A stretch of 64,000 nucleotides of DNA from the NCBI RefSeq assembly GCF_011386835.1, contig NC_088794.1, positions 36,332,001 through 36,396,000 of the forward strand, given 5' to 3'. Both the position numbers and the translations under genes were made by a program. Shown piece after piece: positions 50,210-64,000 of the stretch; position 1 is the stretch's first letter; each line of letters begins with the position of its first letter. This DNA comes from Chrysemys picta bellii (lineage: Eukaryota). Under the pieces are notes generated by a model. The model was given only the letters and a program-made list of their open reading frames with translations. It had not been told where the DNA came from and did not search any database.

Positions 50210-51040
50210 AGGTAAGTCCTGCAGGCACCTACTACTGGGCACTTGATCCCACATAGCTCACTGAAGTCAATGGCAACATTTTCATTTACTTTAATGATTG
50301 AGGGTCAGAGACACAGTGCTTACTCATTTACTGTTCTAGGGCTAGATTCTGATAATCCTTCCTCTCCTTTCACAATGACTTACTCCAGGAGTAGTGCCAT
50401 TGAAATGATTAGGACCGCTCATTGAGTAAGGTATTACTCAACATGATCAGGTGTATCAGAATCTGACCCTCAGGATCAGAATTCTGGTACCTTTATTCTT
50501 GCTGAGGAGTACCTTACTCCACAAATAATCCCATTGACTTCCATAGGATTTTTAGGTGGAGTAGGACTCTACTCAGCCAAAGAAATTGGGTCAGAATCTG
50601 ACCCTGAATGAGTAGTCTCCATGAAGTCTGATCCTATTTACACTAGTGAAAATCCAGAGGGCAAGATTCTGTTTCCTTTCCTTGTGTTAAGTAGTCCCTT
50701 ATTCCATGGAGAGCGCCACTGAAATAAATGGGACTGCTCGATGTAAAGGAGATAAAATCTGGTCCATGCTGATTTAGTGTTACTCTGGATTTATACCAAT
50801 GTAAGTAATGGCTGTATCTGTCCCCAGTGAAACTACTGATGGTAGTTAGTATTACGGGCTAGATGGTGACACCCTTACTCACACGGCTAGCTGTGTCTCA
50901 CCTCTGCTTGACTTCATTGACTCACAGAGTAGCCCCCTCATTGACATTCCCATTGACTTCACTGGGATTATTTGAGTAACGGCTCACTCATGTGAGAAAG
51001 GCTTCACAACCTGGCAGTAAGCACCTGCAGGATTAGGCCT
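50210..51040. mobile_element. Cluster of short, old fold-back DNA elements
   Basis: Repeated ends GG(G)CTAGATTCTG/CAGAATCTGACCC and cores like CCCATTGACTTC; units at 50339-50469, 50473-50604, 50659-50765 and ~50855-51040. Confidence 0.6.
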
Positions 51041-52308
51041 TGAGTGTGTTTTGTGTAAACTGGCTTTACCTGTATCTGCTGCACTGCATCTGTTGAGTAC
51101 TCTTTTTCCAGAGCTAAAAAAATTGGTTACACCGAGATGGGAGAGAGAGTAAGAATCCCATGCAAGTCTTTCCAGGTGCGTTCAGAGATCTACGGTAACA
51201 CATCCAATCTGTGAACCACTGCAGAGGATACATCTTTGAAATGAATTTTAGCTGCCTCAATGGGCTGGATTGGCACCGTACCCCTGGCACTGACCAAGGT
51301 GCAGCCCGTAGCTGCACTGCCCCAGCACACAACAGAGGCTGAATTGTGACTCTGAGTCTCACAGTTCAGTCTCTGCTTTGCTCTTGCTCCCTCGCGGGAA
51401 GTAAGCTGTACCTGCCCTTTTCCTGGCACAGCCTGCTCCCTACTCAGCGCTATGCTCCGCTGCTCTGGCCGGTGCCTTGAAGAGTGGAACCTCTCTCCAC
51501 TCACCTGTTCGGCCTTATAGTGACTGCCATGTCCTGTGCCTTGTGACCTGCAATGGAGGTAGCCCATCCAGGCACTAAGTGCGCACCTGGCACCCCAGCC
51601 CTTTCCTGTGTAGATGCATGGACCACCACAAGCCCAGAATGGGTTAAATTGCGTGACTATTTGTAGAACGTTTGGATTATTTCCTCCAGCCATCAAAGGG
51701 AAAATTCTGCCCCCAACTCCGCATGCCACAAAGGGCACGGAGGGACATTTGGTGCAGGTTCCTGTAGCCCACAGTGGGGAGTCTGTACCACGTGTGAATT
51801 CACTGCCCATGCCCCTCCGCTGCATAAGGAAGGGAGACCACCATACGAAAAGGCTATTGTAGTCCTGAGACTGCCATGGCATGCATAGAGCCTCTCGAGA
51901 AGGTGCAGGATTTTTCCCTGCCCAACTCCTGCAAGAACTCCAGCACCAAGTCCATCTGTCTGAACTTGGTACAGGTTACAGGATTCGATGCCCTGTGAAT
52001 GAACTCAAAGGATGCTCGATGTGCTTGCACTTTATATTATTCTGTCTACTATATCCGGAACGAAACCTTGGCATGTTAAGTATAGCCAGAGTTTTTTGTT
52101 GCAGTGAATAATCAATATTTCCTGCTTCTAGTGAATGAAATGAGACGGTTATATAAGACGCTTGTTTTAGTCATCTTTTAAAAAGTATTGTGCTCCTGTT
52201 ACTGATTGCTTTTGTATTCCCACCTCTGCCACTGACCAGCCATCTGACCTTGGGCAAGTCCTTTGGGCCAGAATTTTCAAACGTGGGTGTCTAAAGATGG
52301 GTATCTAG

Positions 52309-52578
52309 GGGTACATCTACCCGGCAATAAAACACTTGCAGCTGGTCCGTATTCACTGACTCGGGCTCACGGGGCTCGGGCTGTGGGCTATAAAATTGCA
52401 GTTAGATGTTCGGGCTCAGGATGGAGACTGGACTCTGGGATCCCATGAGGGGGGCATGTCCCAGAGCCCAGGCTCCAGCGTAAGACTGAATATGATCACT
52501 GCAATTTTATAGCCTTGCAAGCCCAAGTCAGCTGACACAGGCCAGCTGAGGGTTTTTTATTGCGGTATAGACACACCC
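52309..52578. mobile_element. PIF/Harbinger-type MITE nested in an older fold-back element (~52265-52720)
   Basis: Termini GGGTACATCTAC...GTATAGACACACCC, flanked by TAG/TAA. Confidence 0.75.
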
Positions 52579-52897
52579 TAAATGCGTATTTAGGTACCTA
52601 AATAAAAAGCATAGTTTTTAGAAAGTGCCTAGCCTTTGAACATCAGGCCTATTTAAGATTTCTCAGGTTGGGCACCAGAAAATTGAGGTACCCTAAATCA
52701 CTTTGGAAAGTTTGGACCCCTATAGGACTGCTCTGAAGCTCATTTCTATTAAAATTAGGGATGGGTGATGTCAACTTGTTCACAGTTCAAACTTTGGGAG
52801 GAAGTTGTTCAACTTCACTTAGCCCAAGATCTGATCTGCTCATGACGCAGCACCTCTAAGTGGAGTGATTTATAACTGTACGATATCAGGACACTAA

Positions 52898-53664
52898 GGC
52901 TTTGGCTACACTTGCAAGTTAGAGCGCATTAAATCAGCCCCGGGCGCCCTAACTCCTGAGGTGTCCACACTGGCAAGGCATTTAGAGCGCCCGGACTCTG
53001 CAGCTGGAGCGCTCCTGGTAATCCACATCCGCGAGAAGCATAGAGCTTGCTGTGCCTTGGCTGAAACGCTGGGGTATCAGTATGGATGACGTGTTGCATT
53101 ACTGCGCTGTGATTGGCCTCCAATAATCCCTTGAAGTCAAGTGGCCACTCCGGTCATTGTTTTGAACTTGGCTACAGGCATGCAGCTATCCCCTTTCAAA
53201 GCTGCATTTCTTACAGCCGGCATGCTTATCTGTTCCGGGACACAAAGCAACCATTACTGTGGAATGCGCCTACTGCAGAGACAGGTGTTTGTGCATGTGT
53301 GAGAGAGAGAGGTGGGGGTGGGGGCATATGTCGGGGTTTTCCCCCTGCCACTGTGGGAACTTACAAGACAGCATGCTGACACACTCTCTGCCCCCAAAAA
53401 CACACTGTCTTTCCCCCCACATACACACAACACACTCCCTGTCACACTCCACCCCTCCCATTTGAAAAGCACACTGCAGCCACTTGCACACTGGGATAGC
53501 TACCAAAATGCATTGCTCTCTGTGATGTTGCAAGAGCTGCTAATGTGGCCACGCCACTGCGCTTGCATTTGACAGTGTAAACACACGGCAGCGCTTTCCC
53601 TGCTGCGGTCTCAGAGGGCTGGTTTAACTCCCGGCACTCTACATCGGCAAGTGTAGCCATGCCC
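52898..53664. mobile_element. PIF/Harbinger non-autonomous element
   Basis: Termini GGCTTTGGCTACACTTGC...GCAAGTGTAGCCATGCCC; TSD TAA on both sides (52895-97, 53665-67). Confidence 0.88.
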
Positions 53665-53851
53665 TAAGCAGCTGCTAGTTCGTTTAGGGTTGGTACGATG
53701 GGAGCTCTTGCTGCCTTTCTGCCCAAACAGGGAAGTTTCTCATTACAGGCCCAATCCTGCAAGATGCTGATCACTCTCAGCTCCCATTGAACTTGTCCTG
53801 AAGGGAATTTCTATCTGCCTTGCAAGGCCAGACATATCAATGGAATTTTGA

Positions 53852-54118
<267 letters not shown>

Positions 54119-54556
54119 TAAGCATTCACTCAATCTTAACATCGATTTGGTGTCAGAGGCGATTAGAAATGGGATATGGAACCTTTTATTTCTAGAACAC
54201 TGATGGCCCCGATTGGGAGGGACCGATAGTCATTTCTCCTGCCCCAGCTGTTCAGTGGAAATGAGTTGGGAGGGAGTGGGAGGTCTCAGTGTATTTCTTA
54301 AAGTATAGGTGCCCCTCTATCACATAAATTACCATCGCAACTGACATCCTTGTTAGAGAGATCAAGGGCTGAATGGCCCATGGAGGGTAGAATTGCCTCT
54401 CTCAACCTCCAGAGTTGATATCTGCAGGTGAGGATTCACATACATGGGCAGGACAGCGTGGGGAATTTGCACGGTTACTGCCTGTGCGGTGCCTGCATCT
54501 GTTGGTAAATAAAAGACTTCAGTTTCCAGAGCTGTGCCAGCTTTCCTAAGCATTAT

Positions 54557-55185
<629 letters not shown>

Positions 55186-55588
55186 TGAGCTAAACGTAAA
55201 AGGTCTGCTTCTCAGCTACGTGACTAAGGCCCTTTTACACCTCTCTGGCAGTGTAACAGGCCTTTGTATTTGCGTTAGAAAGGTTTTATCAGCCTGAAAT
55301 ACAGATGACCACGTTATAGTTGCACAGGCCGTACAGAATGAGTTCCGCTGCAGTATTTATATATTAAATATATTTTAGAACAATTTTCAAACATGTTTAC
55401 TGGGCTTACATATTGTATCCTTTTGTCTGTATAGCCAGGTGCTCCTTTACCACTATAGTGCTCTTGTAGTACTATTGTTACTTATTATTTGCATTGTGAA
55501 GCCGCAGGCAGAGACCCCACTGTGCTAGATGCTGTACAAACACAGAACTAAAAGACATTCCTGGCTCCAAAGAGCTTGCAGTCTAAGT

Positions 55589-55911
55589 CAGGGGTTCTCA
55601 GCCCTTTTCTTTCTGAGGCCCCCACAATGTGCTAATAAAACTCCACGGCCCACCTGTGTCACAACAACTGGTTTTCTGCATATAGGGGGTAGCAAGCAGG
55701 GCAATTGCCCAGGGCCTCACATCATAATGGGCCCCGCGTAGCTAAGTTGCTCAAGCTTCAGCTTTGGCCCGGGTGGCAGGGCTTAGGGAGGTGGAGCTTT
55801 GGCTTTCTGCCCTGGGCCCCAGTGAGTCTAATGCCAGTCCTGCTCGGCAGACCCCCTGAAACCTGCTCACGGCCCACCAGGGGGCCTCAAACCTCTGGTT
55901 GAGAACTGCTG
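55589..55911. mobile_element. hAT (Charlie-type) MITE
   Basis: Termini CAGGGGTTCTCA...TGAGAACTGCTG; perfect TSD GTCTAAGT (55581-88, 55912-19). Confidence 0.9.
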
Positions 55912-57508
55912 GTCTAAGTGACTTCAACTATACATGACTCAAAGGGAATCAAAAATATGTAACTATTAAAATTTTAGAAAAGTACCTGAAATAGCATTGT
56001 TGGACATAGTAGTGTTGTGTTTTTAGATCTAGTATCTCATGACCTTCAGGGCTAGAAGCAAGTGCTGCCTATCCCATTGAAATGCTTGGACTCTCCCAGT
56101 CCTTCTGTGTGATGAAATATTGAACTTTAAATCTGTCACTGCTCCAAGACTCATGCCCTGGGCCTCAGGTCTGTGCAGTTTTTCCAAGACATCTCATATG
56201 TGGAGGAAACTATAAAACACTTACCTGGCAGGCCGATTTTTAACAATGTCACCTGCTTGAAGCTGCAGGGAGTTTGGAACGTTAGCATGCTCCTGCTGGA
56301 GATGGGTTAGTAGGCAGAGTGTAGGTAATGTGGTCAAAAATGCCTGATAAATGCAGTTTATCACATGGTTCTGTAATTTATCTATTTAATCACATGTACA
56401 GTATATCACTACCACATAAGTTTTGTGTGTATGTGTATGTCTGTGTATTCCTGTCTTCCTACAGTGGCTCGTTGACTTTTGACTTAGATAGATGATTTTG
56501 CAACACAGAGACAGGGCTCACCAAAATACTTTTGCTACTGAACCGTAGTAGCAGAGGTGATTGAATCATTACCTCCAATGCAGAAGTGAATGCAAAGCCA
56601 TGCCCTAACTATGTCATATACCTCTTCTCCCATCTCCCAATCCTGTACCTCCCACAACATTTTCACTTGCTGGTTCAAATACTGACCATCTGAATTGGAA
56701 TTTTCTACACTGGGTGAGAAAGAGTTCCCCCATAGAGGTAGGCTATCTTTGAGCCAGAGATAGCACTGTGCTGTGATAGCACATTGTAGACTCCCCAAGC
56801 ATTATTATTTGAGTGTTAGTAAGATCTACTTCCTTTCCCAGAGGGCGTTTCCATCTCCTCTGCTCCCAGCAGTGTCTCTGGGAACATGGGGCAAAGTTTA
56901 AGTAAGAGTAATCATGCTTCTGATGAATATCTCCTCATTAGCCACGAGCACTGACCTTACTCAAAGAGAGAAGAGGAAGGGCGAAGGGAAATGGTAATGG
57001 ATTTAATCATAACTGCTCTGAGAGACCACGTTCCTCAGAGATGCGTGTTGCCTGAGCACTTGCCAAATAAAAGTACCTGCGCACATACTGAACTCTTCCT
57101 CTTTCTTTGTATGGTACAGCTTGGAAAGAATGGATGCAAGCTGTGAGCATAGGCTTCTGAATTCCAGTTGAAGCTAAAGGGGAGATCAGACTCTTATCTC
57201 AATAAACTACCCTTCCCTTCCTGGTTTCCTTTTTGTGTTTGTTTCACTCTGTGTGCAGATATCTCTTTCCCAGAGACGTAGGAGAAAGTTTTCTTTTTCA
57301 TCATTTGAGGCAATGTTCTATTACTTTTCTCGCCACAAAGCTTCACCGGGAGCAGAAGTGCACAAGCAGGAAACCTTCCTCCTTTTGCTCTCCGCATTGC
57401 TGTGTAATCTTGTTTGTTGGTATTTTGTTAACACCAGTTTAGCTTCTGCGGGGAGGGCTTCTGTCCTCTGACGTTGTCGCAAATCGTACCTGAGAGGTTG
57501 GAAGCTGA

Positions 57509-59267
57509 GATACAATCTGTAAACTCGGGGGTGGTCCCGTTAGACTGGAGAATAGCTAATGTGGTTCCTATTTTCAAAAAAGGGAAAAAAAGTGATCCGG
57601 GTAACTACAGGCCTGTTAGTTTAACATCTGTAGTGTGCAAGGTGTTAGAGAAAATTTTGAAGGAGAAATTAGTTGAGGACCTGGAGGGTAGTGGCAATTG
57701 CGATAATTTACAACATGGTTTTACGAAGGGCAGATCGTGCCAAACGAATCTGATCTCCTTCTTTGAGAAGGTAACGGATTTATTAGATAAGGGAAATGCG
57801 GTGGACCTAATATACCTGGATTTCAGTAAAGCGTTTGATACTGTACCCCATGAGGAATTATTGGTTAAACTGAAAAACATGGGGATCGATTTGAAGATCC
57901 AGAGATGGATAAGGAATTGGTTAATGGGGAGAATGCAGCGGGTCGTATTGAAGGGTGAACTGTCGGGTTGGAGGGAGGTTACCAGTGGAGTTCCCCAAGG
58001 TTCGGTTTTGGGACCCATTTTATTTAATCTATTTATAACTGACCTCGGAACCGATTGCAGGAGTAGGCTGGTAAAGTTTGCGGATGATACGAAGGTGGGA
58101 GGCGTTGTAAATTCGGAAGAGGATAGGGATATCCTGCAGGGAGACTTGAATGAGCTTGTGAATTGGAGTGTCAGAAATAGGATGAAATTTAATAGTGAAA
58201 AGTGTAAGGTGATGCATTTGGGGATGACCAATAACAATTTTAGTTACAAGATGGGGACGCATTGGTTAGAAGTAACGGAAGAGGAGAAGGACCTAGGGGT
58301 CCTTGTAGACCGCAGGATGACTATGAGTCGACAGTGTGACGTGGCGGTGAAAAAAGCCAATGCTGTCTTGGGATGCATTAGGCGAGGTATATCTAGTAGG
58401 GATAAGGAGGTCCTGCTTCCGTTGTACAAGGCGCTGGTGAGACCTCATTTGGAGTACTGTGTGCAGTTCTGGTCTCCCATGTTTAAAAAAGATGAACTCA
58501 AACTGGAACGGGTGCAGAGAAGGGCCACTAGGATGATCAGAGGAATGGAAAACCTGTCGTATGAAAGGAGACTAGAGGAGCTTGGGTTGTTTAGTCTGAC
58601 CAAGCGAAGGCTGAGGGGTGATATGATTGCTATCTTTAAATATATTAGAGGGATTAATACAAGGGAGGGAGATGAATTATTCCAGCTTAGTACTAACGTG
58701 GATACGAGAACGAATGGATATAAACTGGCCGTGGGGAAGTTCAGGCTTGAAATTAGACGAAGGTTTCTGACCGTTAGAGGGGTGAAATATTGGAACGGCC
58801 TTCCGAGGGAAACGGTGGGGGCGAGGGACTTGTCTGGCTTTAAGATTAAGTTAGATAAGTTTATGGAGGGAATGGTTTAATGGTAAAACATAGTTGTCAA
58901 GGAAAACCAAGCAATGGTAGGTAAATAGCATAATGGCTAAAAGGGGTCAGGATGGAGACTCTTGCCTATATGCTCGGGGTCTTACTGATCGCCATATTTG
59001 GGGTCGGGAAGGAATTTTCCTCCAGGGCAGATTGGCTGAGCCTCTGGAGGTTTTTCGCCTTCCTCCGCAGCATGGGGCAGGGATCTCTAGCAGGAGGGTC
59101 TCTGCCGATTGAGGTCACTAATAACAGGATTGGGGACTTCAGCAGCAGAGTTCAGGGAAGGGGCGGGGATGGTTTTATGGCCTGCAGCGTGCAGGGGGTC
59201 AGACCAGATGATCATAGTGGTCCCTTCTGACCTTAAAGTCTATGAGTCTATGAGTCTATGAGTCTAT
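57509..59267 (+). mobile_element. Young 5'-truncated CR1 LINE with intact RT reading frame
   Basis: ORF 57474..58880 has RT motifs GNYRPVSLTS, LDFSKAFD, GVPQGSVLGP and FADD and the CR1 C-terminus, with no stops or frameshifts. It has a ~390-bp 3' UTR, a terminal (TCTATGAG)x3 array and candidate TSD AAGCTGA (57502-08, 59268-74). Confidence 0.95.
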
Positions 59268-59779
59268 AAGCTGACAGATCTTCTCTTGTGTCAGAGGAAC
59301 CTTCAATGCAAAATGATGCTTTGAAGGTTAAATGGAAAATGTGGTGGAAGGATAGCTGAGGGGAGTCTGCAGGGCCAGCCCTCCTGTTATGGAGCCCTTT
59401 GTAAAGCAAAACATGTGACACAGCTTCCTCCAAATCTACAGCGGCACCTCCTGAACCCTGCATAACCATGACACGCTCCAGCCTGCCTCCAACTTGCTTT
59501 CAGCTGCCTTCAGCCTGTGGCAGGATAACTGTATTTAATTATTAGTGCAACTTGGTTACTACTTCTTCATCATCACCATCAATCATCATCACCTCAAAGG
59601 CAAATCCCAAAGGGATGTAGCCTACTTGCAGATTGAGCACACCACAGATCGATCTCTCGGTAGGTCCTTAAGACAGTGTGGCTGAATGTTTGGTCTGTGC
59701 CCATCCGTGGCATTCTTACACACCACCTCAGCTTTTGATGACAACCTCAGTGGCATCCTGTAGCAATATTCCTTGGTAA

Positions 59780-60980
59780 ATATGCTTCATAGTTCATTGG
59801 TCTTCCATCCTAAGAATATGTCCATGCCAACATAGAAAGACACCAAACTAAAGTAAGACTCACTGACCTGTAATTCCCAGGATTGCTCAACATTTGCTGC
59901 CCTCCAACCCTCTGGTATAGTAACTGATTTTAAGGAGAGATTGAATATTTTAGTTAGCAGCTCAGCCACTTTATCCTTGTGTTCCTGCAGAAGTCTTGGG
60001 TATAACCCAGCCAAACCTAATGACTTGCTGTTGTTAGTTTTTGGACAGTTTCTTATCTTTAATATGTTTTAAAAAATAGGTAGATATCTCCCCAACATTT
60101 TATGTGGTGGAGTTTAATGCAAAGGAATCATTTAGTTTCTCAGCAATATCCTTATCCTCCTTAATTGCTCCCGTTACTCCCTGATGGGCCAGCTGACCTA
60201 CTGTCCTGTCCACAAGCTTCCCGCTTCTGATATATTTGCAGGATGTCTGATAATTTGTATTTGTCTTTGGCTAATTGCTCTTCATAGTCTTTCTTAGCTC
60301 TCTCCTAACTCCCAGTTTACATTTGACTTGCCGTACTTAATGCTCCATGTTATGGGTGTCACTGGGTCTGGATTTCCATTTGCTGAAGCCTCCTATTTTG
60401 ATCTGGTTTGGCTCAAATTACCCCTTGAATCTTGGCATTTGATTAGACTGGTTTTTTTCTTCCCTTCTTGCTTCCTTTGTTGTTGGGGGTTAGTCATACC
60501 TTATGTGACTCTGTTACTCTGCCAAAGTAACCCCCATGCCGCATTTGAGGATTTTCCTTTCCTTGCTTTTGAGTTAGCCTCTCTCAGACTGGCTTAATCT
60601 TTTATTTTATTTTTAAGTTTCCCTTTCTAAAGTTTAGTGTCCCCAGGCTAGTCTTTGATATCATCCCTTTGCTGAAAACATTGAACTTAATTAAATTCCG
60701 GTCACTGTTGCTTCGTGATTCAGCTACAATTACTTTTTGAACCAACAGTAGCATGTTACGTAAGACTAAGTGGAGAACAGCTTCTCTTCTCGACTTAGCT
60801 GTTTGAAGCTGCAATCGTTAAAACTGTCAAGAAATTATTTCTGTAAACCCTGTCCCAATGTCACATTTGACCAGTTCATTTGTGTGCAGTTGAAGTCACT
60901 CACTGTTATTCCTGTATTGGATCTTGCTGCCTCTTTGATTTATTGGTTTGTTTTTCTGCTTCCTTTTTAACAGGAAACAT
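59780..60980 (-). mobile_element. Old CR1 ORF2 fragment (antisense; endonuclease-RT junction)
   Basis: ORF 59787..60014 GLYPRLLQEHKDKVAELLTKIFNLSLKSVTIPEGWRAANV resembles CR1 GxHPRVLKELxxxIAxPLxxIFxxSxxxGxVPxDWRxANV. ORF 60602..60814 has SNSDRNLIKF, resembling the APE-domain SDHxxIxF motif. Confidence 0.75.
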
Positions 60981-61262
60981 ATTATTGTTAATGATAAATA
61001 TTAAAAATGATTAGAGGCCTCACACCGGTCCGACCCCATTGTGCTCCACGTTGTTTGCACATATAGTAAATAATAGTTCCTGTCCTATGGGGCTTACAAT
61101 CAAGACATAAGAGAGAGATGAAACAAACAAGTGGGTGGAGGTAGCAGTGGAGGATGGGGTAACAAAAATAAACGGAGTATCAATATTGATGATGATAATT
61201 ATTTTAATAATAATAATTAATAATTAATAGAAGTATCAGGAATGTTAAAACTGGGTTTCCGT

Positions 61263-61437
61263 GGGATAGCTCAGTGGTTTGAGCATTGGCCTGCTAAACC
61301 CAGAGTTCAATCCTTGAGGGGGCTATTTAGGGAACTAGGTAAAAATCTGTCTGGGGATTGGTCCTGCTTTGAGCAGGGGGTTGGACTAGATGACCTCCTG
61401 AGATCCCCTCCAACCCTGCTATTCTATGATTCTATGA
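61263..61437 (+). mobile_element. tRNA-derived SINE with CR1 3' tail (tortoise PolIII/SINE type)
   Basis: GGGATAGCTCAGTGGTTTGAGCATTGGCCTGCTAAACCC head with B box GAGTTCAATCC; tail GGTTGGACTAGATGACCTCC...ATTCTATGATTCTATGA. Confidence 0.9.
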
Positions 61438-61664
61438 AATACCAGATCTTTTGGTGGGGGAAGGGTCTCAGAGAATGTTTGTTGTGAGCTCTCCAATGGA
61501 AGAGGCAAACAATGTCCTCTCTCTAAGATATTCATTAGTCATTGGAATTAGATAGGGCTTTACAGATACAAACAAAAAGGATTTTAAAGAGCCTCACTTT
61601 AAAAAAAAATCCCTTCTCCTCTCACTTGCTCAGCTGTCCTTCTCTGTATGGGTGTGCTACCATC

Positions 61665-62030
61665 AGAGTCAGGATCATCCAGTGATTAGGGCACTAGCTG
61701 GGGACTCAGGAGACCTGCACCACCACAGATTTCCTGTGTGACCTTGTGCAAGTCACTTAGGGCCAGATTTTGCAAGGTATTTAAGCAACTAAAGATCCAG
61801 ATTTCCATGGGAATTAGGCACGTTGGTGCTTTTGAAAATCTCTCTAGGAACTTGTCTGCATCTTTAGGTGCCTAAATATCTTTAGAAATCTGGTTTCTAG
61901 TGCCTCAGCTCCCCATCTATGAAATAGGGATACTAGCGCTGGCCTACCTCACAGGAGTGTTGTGAGGATGAACACATTACAGATTGTGAAGTGCTCAGTT
62001 ACTCCAGTGCCATATAAACACCATAGATAG
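61665..62030 (+). mobile_element. MIR-like SINE split by a fold-back MITE at 61760-61896
   Basis: GTGACCTTGTGCAAGTCACTTA | GGGCCAGATTTT...AAATCTGGTTT | CTAGTGCCTCAGCTCCCCATCTATGAAATAGGG. Confidence 0.7.
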
Positions 62031-62374
62031 ATACATTTCACTAGCTCTCCAGTCACCATAGAGTCACCCAGGGTAGACAAGACCTTAATTTTTAATGTAA
62101 AAAGAAAGTTGGGGGGAAAGAAACCCCCAAACTTTCAGGGCTATATCATTCTCTTCCCCCCACCACTCATTCTCCTCCCATCCCATGCTCGGTAGATCAA
62201 CCTTGATGATTTTTGAAGGTTTGCAAGCAGCATCTGAGACATATGCATTGTTTGGCATCCGTGAAGAGGTGAAATTTGGGACTTGGGGAAGAGGAGATTG
62301 CAAATGTTCCTTCCCCTTCGTCAGGGGACAATCAGCCCTCTCTCTGTGGGGAGAGGTGCGAGGGGGATTGCTGA

Positions 62375-62599
<225 letters not shown>

Positions 62600-64000
62600 T
62601 AGGTAGCCCCCATAGCCAGGAAAGATGAACCCCGTGCTCCTGGCCTCCCCTACTTCCCCTCTACACAGGAGGAGTTTGAGAAAATGTTCTATCTTCACCA
62701 GCATGTGTAGAAACATCCAGCAGCACTCGTGGTTACTGGCACCATCGTATCAGTTCTGTCCATGGCATGAGGGTCCTGTCCACTGAACCCTTTTACTCAG
62801 AATCCTACTGAGACCCTTGACACTGGTGTCATGAGAATAGTATGAATCTGGAGAAACCCTACCAGACTCCTTTGGGTGCCTCTCAGGGCTGCTGTCAAAC
62901 TCAGTATGGCCCTGACGCTCATAGCTCACTGGATTTCTTAAGCGTGGTGGGTATGTATCATTCCAGTTCTCTCATCTGCAAGGAAACTGCTGCTGTTGTG
63001 ATATGCTGGAGAGGAGTGGAGGGAATGGTGTGCCCAGGGGAACTGCTGTGTGAGCTGCCCTTCTGGTTGTGTTGTACCAAGGAGCCGTTCTCCACGCTCA
63101 TTACAGGATGGCCACACTAACGAAAGGCAGAAAGGAAGCATGTGTATTTGGAATTACACAGAGAGATATCAATCTGTATCCAAGAACATCACACGTACAT
63201 AGACTGTCAATGCTTTCGCTTGTAACTCAGCTTTTGTGACATGGTCTTTTCCCTCAGCTGTTAAGATCTGCTCAGGAAGAGTCTCCTGTGCCCAGAAGCT
63301 CCTTTTGCTGGCTGACAGCTGGGCGAAGAGCATGAAATAAAGACGTTCAGAGGCCCTTAGAACTGCCTGCGATTCTTATTGGATGACTGAGGCAGTTCTA
63401 GCCCTAGAGTGAAGAAAGCTATTCCCCGAGAGCTGCTAGGATTTATTCCTGGGGTCCATGGCTGGGTATCCTTAAGATTCAGTGTCTGAAAGGTTCCTCA
63501 TCATAGGTCAGACAGGACCCCAGCTTTATTTCCCCTCCTCCCCCCCCCCCCATCTGACAGTGAAATAAAAGGATCTGTATAATGATCAGGTAGCTGTTTT
63601 GGAGAAACATGTGTTTCACAGAGGCCACTGATGTCAAAGAAGGTAGAATGAAGAATAAGGCTGAGCACCCTGGGAACAAACTGTTACCAAGCAGTAGTCA
63701 CTAAAATCAAACATCCACCTTTTCCCCATCTCGCCTTTCATATCCAGTCCTGGTACCTGGAGGCCCTGCTGGCCCATGAAGGTCTCATGTATGAGACAGC
63801 CACTGGTGCACTGTGCGGACTTCGGCACCCCAGCTGCAGACAGTTTGTTGCCTTAGTAAGTTGCTGTACTTTGCAGTTGCTTGCGGGGAGCATTTACCTA
63901 GGTGGAACAACAAAGAGGAACCAGGAATAATGGTGATACAGACAAATTGAGTTAGGAGCAAATCATTCCACCAGCGTAAAGCTTCCTGGCCTGATCCTGA

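Noticed and set aside
50117-50211. Segment ending in a strong GAG|GTAAGT donor
   Set aside because: The only nearby acceptors are weak, and the 95-nt length is not frame-preserving.
57605-58429. Antisense ORFs of 210, 77 and 61 aa
   Set aside because: They are shadow frames of the CR1 reverse transcriptase ORF.

Overview
This is vertebrate genomic DNA, inferred to be turtle from its tRNA-head/CR1-tail SINEs and its hAT and Harbinger MITE families. The whole window lies inside one + strand gene, the AMPK-related brain-selective kinase BRSK2 (SAD-A). Nine consecutive coding exons are present, all with GT-AG boundaries and matching phases: 141, 117, 34, 69, 147, 32, 165, 98 and 151 bp, equivalent to human exons 4-12 by my recollection of the numbering. 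Together they encode the kinase domain from the hinge onward, the UBA domain and the start of the linker. The rest is intron, densely filled with transposons. These include a young 5'-truncated CR1 with an unbroken 468-codon RT frame and a 7-bp TSD, older CR1 and RTE fragments, two tRNA-derived SINEs, MIR-like SINEs, and many hAT, Harbinger and Tc1/mariner MITEs whose TIRs and TSDs can be read directly. Almost all other ORFs in the supplied track are spurious. The best leads are (1) a candidate 6-nt in-frame microexon in the kinase-UBA linker, flanked by RBFOX motifs, (2) a fold-back hAT derivative with two inverted copies of the transposase C-terminus that would form a ~600-bp hairpin in the pre-mRNA, (3) several strong-looking cryptic or poison exons, and (4) repeated MITE insertion at the same TAA in the MIR core. 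None of these leads is confirmed; no alignment or expression data were available.
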